A stretch of DNA of 19,984 nt from Candidatus Pelearchaeum maunauluense. GTDB taxonomy: Archaea > Thermoproteota > Nitrososphaeria_A > Caldarchaeales > Caldarchaeaceae. A model generated the notes under the pieces. It saw only the letters and a list, made by a program, of their open reading frames with translations, did not search any database and was not told the DNA's origin. Position 1 is the first letter of the stretch. The number at the start of each line of letters is the position of its first letter. The stretch lies in NCBI GenBank assembly GCA_030059675.1, contig JANVYQ010000018.1, forward strand, positions 1-19,984. Reading direction: 5' to 3'. This document shows positions 8,141-16,924 of this stretch, piece after piece. Made by a program: the position numbers and the translations under genes.

Positions 8141-11100
8141 TTGTTGTCAGAAATAAAAAGATACAGTCCAGCTTATGTTGAGGAGAGAATAGCCAACTGG
8201 TGGCGAGAGAACAACATAATAGAGAAGGTGATAAACAAAAACAAAGGCGCGCCCATCTTCTCTTTTCTTGAAGGACCACCAACGGTAAATGGATTCATGC
8301 ACATAGGCCATACACGCGGCAGGGTGTACAAAGACATAGTCCTACGCTATATGACCATGCGCGGCCTTGATGTATGGCGGAGAGCTGGATGGGACTGTCA
8401 GGGACTACCCACCGAGATAGAAGTTGAGAAGAGGCTCAACATAACAACAAAGAAAGACTTGGAGAGGATAGGTTTAGAACGATTCATCGAGGAGGCGAAT
8501 AAAGTCGTTGATTACTACATTTCTCAGTGGCGCTCCGCTAGCGAAAGGCTGGCATTATGGCTGGATTTTGATAATGCCTATGAGACACGCCGCGAAGAAT
8601 ATATGGAGCATGTTTGGTATTTGCTCAAAAAAGCATACGATGAGGGAAACCTCATAGAGAGCCTTCGCGTAGTTCCATACTGCCCACGCTGCGAAACCCC
8701 ATTATCCCAACATGAGTTAGCCCAAGGCTATGAAGAAGTAAAGGACCCCTCAATATACGTCAAGATGCCTCTAGAGGGGTCTGATAATAGGTATGTGATA
8801 ATCTGGACAACTACACCCTGGACTCTTCCTGGGAACGAGGCAATAGCAATTGACCCAGGAGCGGAGTATGTGGAATTGGAAGTTGATGGTGAGCGTTGGA
8901 TAATAGCACACCTACTTTTACAGAAGTTTGTAGAGGAGGTCGGGCTGAAGAAGCATAGGAAACTAGGCGTTTTTAAGGGTGAGAAGCTTGTTGGGATGAA
9001 ATACGTGCATCCTCTAAGGGATGAAGTCCCCGCGCACAAATCTCATGAAGGAGCAGCTCATACAGTAGTAAGCTCCGAGTTTGTCTCGATGGAAGAAGGG
9101 ACAGGCTGCGTACATACAGCACCTGCACATGGTCCAGAAGACTTCGAGCTGGGCAAGAGAAACAACCTACCAATTTTCTGTCCAGTATCTTCTACTGGGA
9201 TATTCACCGCAGAAGGAGGGAAGTATAACGGCCTATCCACGCGCGATGCCTCTAAAGTAATAATAGAGGATTTAGAGAGGAAGAAGCTACTCGTTAAAGC
9301 AGGGGAGATTCTACACAACTATCCCTTATGCTGGAGATGCGGAACCCCCCTCATATACTTAGCCAGTACACAGTGGTTCCTGCGAGTTGAGCCGATTAAG
9401 CAGTATATGATTGAAGGTAATGCGAATGTTGTATGGTGGCCTGAGTGGGCTGGCACTAGCAGATTTGGCGAATGGCTCAAGAATGCAGAGGATTGGTGCA
9501 TATCAAGAACTAAGGTATGGGGAACCCCGCTTAACGTATGGACATGCCAGAACTGTGGTAAGAAACGGGTAGTCGGCTCACGCGCAGAGCTTAATGAAGC
9601 AATAGAAAAACCAAACGAACTCAGGATGCATAGACCATGGATAGACCAGGTGGTTTTCAGATGCTCCGAATGTGGCGGAAAGATGTATAGAGTCCCCTAC
9701 GTGCTGGACACATGGCTTGACTCTGGAGTAGCGCATATTGCAAGTATAGACTATCTTAGGAACAGAGAACTCTTTGAAAAACTATTCCCCTACGACTTCA
9801 TAACAGAGGCGGTAGACCAGACGCGCGGCTGGTTCTATACACTGCTCTTCACATCAACTCTGCTCTTTAAAAAACCACCATTCAAATCGGTTCTCAACCA
9901 AGGTCATGTCTTGGATGAGTTCGGTAAAAAGATGTCAAAGTCACGGGGAAATGTTCTATGGGCTCATGATGCTTTTGACAGGTTCGGAGTAGACCCTGTA
10001 AGGCTTTACCTCGTCTCCAAGGCGGAGCCATGGAGTACGATAAACTTCGTCCCAAGCGAACTTACCCAAGTAATAGAGCAGCTCAACACGCTTTGGAACG
10101 TCTTTCTCTTCGCCAAAACATATTTTGAGCTAGATAAATTTAATCCTGAAAGACATAACGTTGAATCTCTCAACAAGGATCTGAAACCTGAGGATAGGTG
10201 GCTATTATCAAAGGTAAATACCCTCATTAAGATTGTCACTAAGAGCCTAGATGAACGCGAAATACAGGACGCGGCGCGTGAGATTAGGAGGTTCTTCATA
10301 GAAGACCTTAGTAGGACGTATATCCGCTCCATACGGCGTCGGGTATGGGTTGAAGAGCAAACTAAAGATAAACTGGCTGCATACGCTACGTTGTATTATG
10401 CCCTCCGTATAGTGACCATCCTATTAGCGCCGTTCACACCGTATTTGGCGGAGGTTTTCTTTAAGGAGATTAGGAAGGCGGACGACCCAGAGAGCGTTCA
10501 TATGGTTAGCTGGCCTAAACCTGATGAACGGTATATAGACGAAGAACTCGAAGATTACATGGATATAGTTCAGGATACGCTTACAGCAGTATTAGCTGGA
10601 CGGCAGAAGGGTGATAGGAAGCTCAGATGGCCTGTGAGTAGGATAATAGTATCTCCAAAGACTCAACGGGCTAAACAAGCGCTATCGCGTTATGCGGATT
10701 TCCTTAAGACGCTAGCGAACGCGCAAAAACTTGAGCTCCTAGATATTAATGACAAACCGAAGGAAACTATGTTGAGAGTTAAGCCTGACTTCAGGAGACT
10801 TGGGCCCAAGCTGGGCAAGAGGCTTACCCAGGTAGCACAGTTATTATCTTCTATCGATGGTTATGAGGTGAAAAAAGAACTGGAGAGAAAGGGTAAGTAT
10901 AGCCTCTTACTCCCCGATAAGTCCGAGGTTAATCTCGAAAGTGATGATTTAATCTTGGAAGAACAACTTCCAGAAAACTTTGTGTTTTCAGAGGGGCGTT
11001 TTGCGTTTGTGTATATAGACCTATTCGAAACTGATGAGATACGGAGAATGGCAATAGCTAATGAGTTTATACGGCGAATACAAGTTATGCGCAAGGAGAT

Positions 11101-11326
11101 GAACTTAAACATACTTGATGAGGTTGATTGTCTTATAATGGTTCAGGATGGAGAAGTAACCGAACAACTCAAGGCTTCAAGCGAATATATTGAGGAAGAA
11201 ACAAGGACCCGCCTCCAGATTCATGGAAAACACAAAGATATACCAGGCGATTACTTCGGTAAGAGTTGGAAGATTGGGGAGCTAGACGTTACAATAGCTC
11301 TACGTAAGCCTCAAGACAATACTTAA
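8141..11326 (+). CDS. ileS: Isoleucyl-tRNA synthetase (archaeal/eukaryote-like type)
   Basis: EGPP, HIGH, GWDCQGLP, editing-domain WTTTPWTLP and GTGCVHTAPAHG, DWCISR, DQTRGWF, KMSKS; 1061 aa. Confidence 0.98.
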   Translation: MLSEIKRYSPAYVEERIANWWRENNIIEKVINKNKGAPIFSFLEGPPTVNGFMHIGHTRGRVYKDIVLRYMTMRGLDVWRRAGWDCQGLPTEIEVEKRLNITTKKDLERIGLERFIEEANKVVDYYISQWRSASERLALWLDFDNAYETRREEYMEHVWYLLKKAYDEGNLIESLRVVPYCPRCETPLSQHELAQGYEEVKDPSIYVKMPLEGSDNRYVIIWTTTPWTLPGNEAIAIDPGAEYVELEVDGERWIIAHLLLQKFVEEVGLKKHRKLGVFKGEKLVGMKYVHPLRDEVPAHKSHEGAAHTVVSSEFVSMEEGTGCVHTAPAHGPEDFELGKRNNLPIFCPVSSTGIFTAEGGKYNGLSTRDASKVIIEDLERKKLLVKAGEILHNYPLCWRCGTPLIYLASTQWFLRVEPIKQYMIEGNANVVWWPEWAGTSRFGEWLKNAEDWCISRTKVWGTPLNVWTCQNCGKKRVVGSRAELNEAIEKPNELRMHRPWIDQVVFRCSECGGKMYRVPYVLDTWLDSGVAHIASIDYLRNRELFEKLFPYDFITEAVDQTRGWFYTLLFTSTLLFKKPPFKSVLNQGHVLDEFGKKMSKSRGNVLWAHDAFDRFGVDPVRLYLVSKAEPWSTINFVPSELTQVIEQLNTLWNVFLFAKTYFELDKFNPERHNVESLNKDLKPEDRWLLSKVNTLIKIVTKSLDEREIQDAAREIRRFFIEDLSRTYIRSIRRRVWVEEQTKDKLAAYATLYYALRIVTILLAPFTPYLAEVFFKEIRKADDPESVHMVSWPKPDERYIDEELEDYMDIVQDTLTAVLAGRQKGDRKLRWPVSRIIVSPKTQRAKQALSRYADFLKTLANAQKLELLDINDKPKETMLRVKPDFRRLGPKLGKRLTQVAQLLSSIDGYEVKKELERKGKYSLLLPDKSEVNLESDDLILEEQLPENFVFSEGRFAFVYIDLFETDEIRRMAIANEFIRRIQVMRKEMNLNILDEVDCLIMVQDGEVTEQLKASSEYIEEETRTRLQIHGKHKDIPGDYFGKSWKIGELDVTIALRKPQDNT

Positions 11327-11373
11327 TATCTAGTTCTCAACGACTTGTTCTATAGGCAAATGGTGCCCCGAAC

Positions 11374-12069
11374 ATGGCTTCTAAGACGCCCGCCATAATA
11401 CTCTGCGTCATAGGCGTTGCTCTCGCGCTAATCCCTGTTACGATATATATTAACGCGGGGCTTGGAAGTCCTTTACAAAGACAGCTAGACACAGCACTAC
11501 CATTTATGCCGCTTCACCTGCTGACAGCGATAATAGGGGCAGCAATTGCAGCGCCCGGTATGATACTCTTTATAAAAGCTATGAGAGAGTATCCTGCACC
11601 AACTCCAGCGCAAACAGGAATAAGGCCAACATATCCCCCTACCAAGGTTAGTAAACCAATTGTGCGGGGGAAGGAGAAGGATGTTGAACTTATAGAACGC
11701 CAGCTTGAGGAGATGCTTAGGAGTGAGGAGTTCGGTAAAACAGATTCTCAGAAAGCTCCACTTAGAGAAGGTGGTTCTGAGCAGCATGGACAGGTAGCTA
11801 CTGGAAATGCCAAATCCACGGTTTCAGGTGATAAGGGCGTTTCGGTAATAACGCGGGGAACTGACGAGGTTTGCCGAACATGTGGGAGCATAAACCCGCT
11901 TGGTGTTAAGGTATGCTCTGAGTGTGGCGCATCACTCTACACGTCTAAAGATGGGGAACCAACATGCCCAGTATGCGGGGCTCCATTAAGCGACGCCAAG
12001 TCTGTGGGGGATATACTAGTTTGCCAGGTCTGCTTCTCGGAGCTAAAGCTAGGAAAGCCTTTAAGCTAG
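11374..12069 (+). CDS. Membrane protein with two N-terminal TM helices and a C-terminal double-zinc-ribbon-like domain
   Basis: Hydrophobic segments at about aa 6-27 and 42-67; Pro/charged linker; four CxxC motifs (CRTC, CSEC, CPVC, CQVC). Confidence 0.82.
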   Translation: MASKTPAIILCVIGVALALIPVTIYINAGLGSPLQRQLDTALPFMPLHLLTAIIGAAIAAPGMILFIKAMREYPAPTPAQTGIRPTYPPTKVSKPIVRGKEKDVELIERQLEEMLRSEEFGKTDSQKAPLREGGSEQHGQVATGNAKSTVSGDKGVSVITRGTDEVCRTCGSINPLGVKVCSECGASLYTSKDGEPTCPVCGAPLSDAKSVGDILVCQVCFSELKLGKPLS

Positions 12070-12119
12070 GTATATCGAATAAAACAACAATAAGTTAGAC
12101 AAGCTACGGTGTATGCGGT

Positions 12120-12350
12120 GTGAATGGCGTAAAGCCTCTGACAACAATCGCCAAAAACATAAACAAACCTATTAAGGTAATGCTGAAGAACGACATAGCC
12201 TACGAGGGAACTATGGTCGAATGCGATAACTATATGAATCTAGTTATCGAGAAGGTGGTGGAGTATCAGGGAGAGAATAAACGCGCAGGATATCCACGTG
12301 TCTTGATACGAGGCAACAACGTGCTATATGTTGTGCTGGCCCAGAAGTGA
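12120..12350 (+). CDS. Sm-like (Lsm/SmAP) RNA-binding protein
   Basis: Sm1 motif IKVMLKN...YEGTMVECDNYMNLVI and Sm2 motif VLIRGNNV; 76 aa. Confidence 0.95.
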   Translation: MNGVKPLTTIAKNINKPIKVMLKNDIAYEGTMVECDNYMNLVIEKVVEYQGENKRAGYPRVLIRGNNVLYVVLAQK

Positions 12351-12395
12351 GGCTGGGAATCCTACAAAAAATAGAATGAATCGTGGGAGTTTGTG

Positions 12396-12403
12396 CTTAA
12401 ATA
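12396..12403 (+). promoter_or_regulatory. Putative TATA box upstream of mat
   Basis: CTTAAATA about 40 nt upstream of ATG 12445, followed by an RBS-like GGGTGG. Confidence 0.45.
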
Positions 12404-12444
12404 GGAACTTGTAGCCGTTCTGAGCAGCGTTGTCGGGTGGTTTA

Positions 12445-13686
12445 ATGAGCAATAGGAATATACGAGTGAAGGTGGAGACACTCTCCACGAAGCCCGTTGA
12501 GGAGCAGGAAACCGAGTTTGTAGAGCGGAAGGGATTGGGCCACCCAGATTACATGATTGACTCAGCCTGCGAGGCAGCTAGTGTTGCTCTCTCAAAATAT
12601 TATCTGGAAAAGTTCGGCTATATAATGCATCATAACGTTGATAAGGGACTACTCGTTGGTGGTCGCGCAGTAAATTGGTTTGGTGGTGGAAGAATAGAAG
12701 AACCAATATACATACTAATTGCAGGCAGAGCCACCACAGTAGTCAAGACACCAACAGGCGACGTTAAAATTCCTTATGGTGATATAATAGTTAATGCGGT
12801 CAAGGAGTTTATACGCTCAAAGTTCCGCTTCTTAAATCCCGATGAGCATCTGGTAATAGACTATAAGGTAAGACAAAGCTCACCCGACCTTAAGGCTGTT
12901 GTGGAGGCAAACAAATCCATGCCGCTGGCAAATGACACTTCATTCGGCGTAGGATTCTATCCATTAACAAAGCTGGAGCAACTTGTTTTAGAAACAGAGC
13001 AGTACATAAACTCACCTACATTCAAGAAAAAGATACCCGAAAGCGGGGAGGACTGTAAAGTTATGGGACTAAGGTTGGGCGATGAGATTCACCTGACAAT
13101 AGCTGACGGGATAATAAGTAGCCTAACACCAGATAGAGACCACTACATATCGGTGAAGGAACATATACGCGAGGAAGTCGCGGAGCTCGCTTCAAAAATA
13201 TTCCCAGATAGGGACGTTGGTATATATGTGAATACCGCTGATAGGATTGGTGGAGACCCTAAAGAGGATGTGGTGTATCTTACCTATACTGGAAGCTCGG
13301 CTGAGCATGGCGATGATGGAAATACTGGTCGCGGTAATAGGGCGAATGGGCTGATAACACCGAATAGGCAGATGTCGCTGGAAGCTACGGCTGGGAAGAA
13401 CCCAGTATCGCATGTGGGGAAGATTTACAACGTCCTAGCCAGGATAATGGCCGAGAAAATCTATAACCAGACAAATCAGGAGCTAAAGGAGGTTTATGTT
13501 AGGATTTTAAGCCAGATAGGAAAGCCGATAAACGAGCCTTTGTCTGTATCTGTTCAGGTAATCCCTCAAGGAGCCTCAATATCGAGTAACGTGTTAAACG
13601 AGATTAACGGTGTAGTCTATGAAGAGTTTGGAAAGATAACTAGAATCACTGAGATGGTTCTTAGAGGTGAGGCACAGCTCTTCTAA
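12445..13686 (+). CDS. mat: Archaeal S-adenosylmethionine synthetase (methionine adenosyltransferase)
   Basis: [57 protein letters not shown] 12445 is preferred over TTG 12430 because GGGTGG lies just upstream of it. Confidence 0.97.
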   Translation: MSNRNIRVKVETLSTKPVEEQETEFVERKGLGHPDYMIDSACEAASVALSKYYLEKFGYIMHHNVDKGLLVGGRAVNWFGGGRIEEPIYILIAGRATTVVKTPTGDVKIPYGDIIVNAVKEFIRSKFRFLNPDEHLVIDYKVRQSSPDLKAVVEANKSMPLANDTSFGVGFYPLTKLEQLVLETEQYINSPTFKKKIPESGEDCKVMGLRLGDEIHLTIADGIISSLTPDRDHYISVKEHIREEVAELASKIFPDRDVGIYVNTADRIGGDPKEDVVYLTYTGSSAEHGDDGNTGRGNRANGLITPNRQMSLEATAGKNPVSHVGKIYNVLARIMAEKIYNQTNQELKEVYVRILSQIGKPINEPLSVSVQVIPQGASISSNVLNEINGVVYEEFGKITRITEMVLRGEAQLF

Positions 13687-14423
13687 CGCTCCTTTAAGAA
13701 TGCGTCAAGCCCCTTTTTCCTACGTAAGACCTCCATGCATCGTCTAGGCGTAAGGCATCTAAACTCCACACCCGCCTGGGCAACTATCTTAGTAGCTTGC
13801 CTTGATATTGAGGGAGCTGCTATAATTGCCCTCGGCCGCGAGCCCAGCTCACGCTCTAGACTCTCAACATAGCTCAATAACTGATTTATATCCTGAGTAT
13901 TGGCTTCTTTCCTCTTTAACTCAACTATAACAAACCTACCCGATAAATCAACTCCGAAAATGTCTATCCGACCACTACCAAATGCCTGGCGCTCATCTTC
14001 TACAGGCTTAAAGCCATCCTCTATCAGAGAAGGGTCCGCGAGAACTGCTTTTTTCATCTCAGCCTCACTAGCATACATCTCAAATTCAGCATCATCCACA
14101 AGGTCAAAAGAAGCGAAGTGTTTAATCTCGCTTAACCTAATCTCCAACCTTTCACCGGAACGCATAGACGTTATTACAAGCTCCCCATCCTCCTCTGATA
14201 TATCTAGCTTTGAGTTTGGCGGATTCCAGTTCACTGGCTCATATCCCACAGGTCTATGAACCAAAATGCTTCCATCTTCCTTGATTATAACTAGCCGTTC
14301 TCCTTCCCCAAGATGTGAGGCGGCTCTGCCTTCATACTCAACTCTACACCGACCCACTATTATCAGCATAGATTTACGCTTCACAGCCTCTCTAATATCG
14401 TCAATAGAGAACATACACATCAC
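13683..14423 (-). CDS. nucS: Mismatch-specific endonuclease NucS/EndoMS
   Basis: CRVEYEGRA, IIKEDGSILVH, PVNWNPP, RecB-like GRIDIFG...IVELKR...QL..Y. True start may be ATG 14420 or 14414. Confidence 0.95.
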   Translation of the reverse strand: MMCMFSIDDIREAVKRKSMLIIVGRCRVEYEGRAASHLGEGERLVIIKEDGSILVHRPVGYEPVNWNPPNSKLDISEEDGELVITSMRSGERLEIRLSEIKHFASFDLVDDAEFEMYASEAEMKKAVLADPSLIEDGFKPVEDERQAFGSGRIDIFGVDLSGRFVIVELKRKEANTQDINQLLSYVESLERELGSRPRAIIAAPSISRQATKIVAQAGVEFRCLTPRRCMEVLRRKKGLDAFLKER

Positions 14424-15796
14424 CTAGGCAGGTTGAGTAGTTTTAGTATTGCTATGTGGATGTCGCTTTTCACGGGGAAGAATATGAAGAACCAAGTTAT
14501 CTGGGCTACTATCAGGGCATATAAGACACTCCTGGGAAATCCCTTATCAGCCAGTATGTATGGAATGGCTATGGCTATAACTGGAAGAGTAGGAATAAAG
14601 TAAAACGTGTATACCCATCGCGTCATAACGTATCCCAGAATGAAGTATATTCCATAGTTGAATATTATCCAGCTCAACGTAAAAGCTTCTATCGTAACAT
14701 CTCTTCCGAGCTTTATGCCCTCAAAAAGCTGATAACAAATAGCTAGTATAGCTATCCACGTAGTCCACCATAACGGGCTGTATATTCCCCAATAGGCTAT
14801 TGGATGCCACTCATCCACACCATCGCTAACCGTTACTACATGGTATGCTGCTGGCTGAAAGGAGTAGATGGGGAGAGTCCAGCTCATAGGGAGGTCAACT
14901 ATAGTAGTTACGACCTGCTCAGACTTCACCTCACGAATTATGCAATTAAACGGTAGGTTAAATTCGGTGCACCTATACTTAAGTTGGCTATGATAGTTCA
15001 GCATATAGTCTAGATGTTCAAAGGGTGTAGCGAATGCCCCATATGCATAGTCGTATGCCGCCGTCCCTGCCAGCGATATAGCAATGCCCACTATAGCCAT
15101 CCGTTCAAAGATTCTTGTCCAAGAAATATATGCTTCTCGCAGGCTTCGTCTTCTATTATATTCCTGTATGAATTTAAAGAATAAAAGTCCTGCTATTGCG
15201 AAGAGTGTCGCGGTCTTGCTTAGCGAGGCCAAAGCCAGCAATCCCGCGGCAGGTATGTAACGTTCTTTGAGGAAGAGGAGAGTCCCCGCCAACAGGAATA
15301 CGAGAGCTGGAGAATCAAGCATGGCTATCTGACCTATATTGAATGACATTACATCCATTCCGAAGAGTAGAGGCGCTAGATACATCACTATCCGTCTTCT
15401 GGTTAACTCCCACGCCAAAAATGCAAGGAGAGCAACAGATATGGAGAATGATATTACTGAGAATATCCTCCATCCTAGAGGGTTATCACCAAATATCAAG
15501 ATACCAGCGATTATTAGGAACTTGGCGAGGGGTGGATGCTCGTTATTAACAGCTTCGCCCATCATTAAACGGCGCGCAGCGGGTACGTAATGCGCTTCGT
15601 CAAAGACAAAACCACAGCCGCTGGGAAAGCCGCCACTCTCAGGGGGATACGTGCATTCTTCAGGCGATAACGTAGGTGAGGGTGTGTAAATTATCATCAG
15701 TTTAATAGATAGTATGAAGACGGCGAGTATGATTGGGTATATTCTTCGGTCAAGTATTGTTGTGTTTATCTTATCTACTAGCCTGTTAGCTCTCAG
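14420..15796 (-). CDS. GT-C fold glycosyltransferase, PMT/GT39-like (lipid-phosphate-sugar dependent)
   Basis: FDEAHY acidic loop, EHPPLAK, GWR, AMLD motifs and many TM helices. The track starts it at ATG 15697, which truncates the first TM helix. The frame stays open upstream to a CTG at 15796 (start position is inferred). Confidence 0.85.
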   Translation of the reverse strand: MRANRLVDKINTTILDRRIYPIILAVFILSIKLMIIYTPSPTLSPEECTYPPESGGFPSGCGFVFDEAHYVPAARRLMMGEAVNNEHPPLAKFLIIAGILIFGDNPLGWRIFSVISFSISVALLAFLAWELTRRRIVMYLAPLLFGMDVMSFNIGQIAMLDSPALVFLLAGTLLFLKERYIPAAGLLALASLSKTATLFAIAGLLFFKFIQEYNRRRSLREAYISWTRIFERMAIVGIAISLAGTAAYDYAYGAFATPFEHLDYMLNYHSQLKYRCTEFNLPFNCIIREVKSEQVVTTIVDLPMSWTLPIYSFQPAAYHVVTVSDGVDEWHPIAYWGIYSPLWWTTWIAILAICYQLFEGIKLGRDVTIEAFTLSWIIFNYGIYFILGYVMTRWVYTFYFIPTLPVIAIAIPYILADKGFPRSVLYALIVAQITWFFIFFPVKSDIHIAILKLLNLPR

Positions 15797-16920
15797 GCCG
15801 CAACACCTGTTACCCGATTTACTAATAACGTGATGCGACGGCCTAGTATGTTGGCGCGCGCTGCTATATGGAGTGTTAAGAGGAGTAGCATAACTGCGCG
15901 CAGCGTGCTCATAATCTGCGGTGGAGAGAAGGCGCTAGTGGGGTTATCTGCAATAAACCACGTTAAGATTATTCCCGCGTTAGCAAGCTCAAATGCATAG
16001 AATAGTGGAAGTCCAGGCCCTATTAGAGCATAAAAGGGAAGAAGCCAGAGATTCATCTGCGGCGTATAGACGTAGGTTGTTAAGAGCCATACCTGAAGAA
16101 CCAAGAGAACATGAATAGTCTTATCCACGTCTGATAGCATATAAGTCCGCAGTAAGAAATAGCCTGCTAGGAGAAGAGAGAACAGCTTTGCAGTATCCCA
16201 TGTGTTTGGGTCTTGAAAGAGGTTTACCAACCAACTATTCTCCAGCCCCCACTCCATATGATGCGCAAATACTCTAACCCATACGTCATAGTTAATCATA
16301 GCCAACACTCCGTTGACTGAGAGGGGCATCAAGAGAGCAGGTAGTAGCATCTTTAATCCAGACTTGTTATTTATTCCACGTAGTAGTACTGGGAGCAGTA
16401 AAAAGCTCATTAACTTTGTTATCATTCCCAGACCTATAGCTACACCTGCTAGGAAGTGTCTTGATTTGAAGTGAAGTAATAGTGCCAGCATTATGAAGAA
16501 TGAGAGCATTATATCGAAATTATAGACTAGGTAGAGTAACATGCTTGGTGCTAGGAGTAAATATGGATAGAATACATTACCTTCCCTACTCTCAGCCAGC
16601 TTAGCTACGACAAACACAACACCTAGGGTGAAGATGAAGATGATTGATGACATGCAGTCATAGTATCTAACTAGTCCTCCTCCTAGAACCGCGCACGAGT
16701 ACGTGAAGAAGCCAGCTAAGGGAGGATATTCAAACGGGTAATCGATATATGGTAGCTTTCCCGCCGCCAAGTCTGGTCTCTGAGTCCAGAAGGCAACTAT
16801 ATCCGAGTAAATACGTGGGTTTATGCTGGGATGATGTATTAGATATGAGATGGCGAAAACCATTATTGCTGCTGAGAGCATTTCGGCGAGGAGGGAGGGC
16901 TTGTTCATTAGTGTAGGCAC
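15793..16920 (-). CDS. GT-C fold glycosyltransferase, GT87/DUF2029-like integral membrane protein
   Basis: YSDI, LPYIDYPFEYPPL, NFD, G.ITK, TPQ..LW motifs; roughly 10 hydrophobic helices. Confidence 0.8.
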   Translation of the reverse strand: MPTLMNKPSLLAEMLSAAIMVFAISYLIHHPSINPRIYSDIVAFWTQRPDLAAGKLPYIDYPFEYPPLAGFFTYSCAVLGGGLVRYYDCMSSIIFIFTLGVVFVVAKLAESREGNVFYPYLLLAPSMLLYLVYNFDIMLSFFIMLALLLHFKSRHFLAGVAIGLGMITKLMSFLLLPVLLRGINNKSGLKMLLPALLMPLSVNGVLAMINYDVWVRVFAHHMEWGLENSWLVNLFQDPNTWDTAKLFSLLLAGYFLLRTYMLSDVDKTIHVLLVLQVWLLTTYVYTPQMNLWLLPFYALIGPGLPLFYAFELANAGIILTWFIADNPTSAFSPPQIMSTLRAVMLLLLTLHIAARANILGRRITLLVNRVTGVAA

Positions 16921-16924
16921 CGAG

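Noticed and set aside
5261-12392. GTGGGAGTTT in two intergenic regions (5261-5270 and 12383-12392)
   Set aside because: Only 10 bp, opposite orientation relative to the downstream genes; expected by chance at appreciable frequency.
12351-12444. Possible SAM riboswitch or C/D-box sRNA upstream of mat
   Set aside because: Only short complementarity (CTACAA/TTGTAG); no SAM-riboswitch core and no convincing RUGAUGA box C paired with the CTGA.
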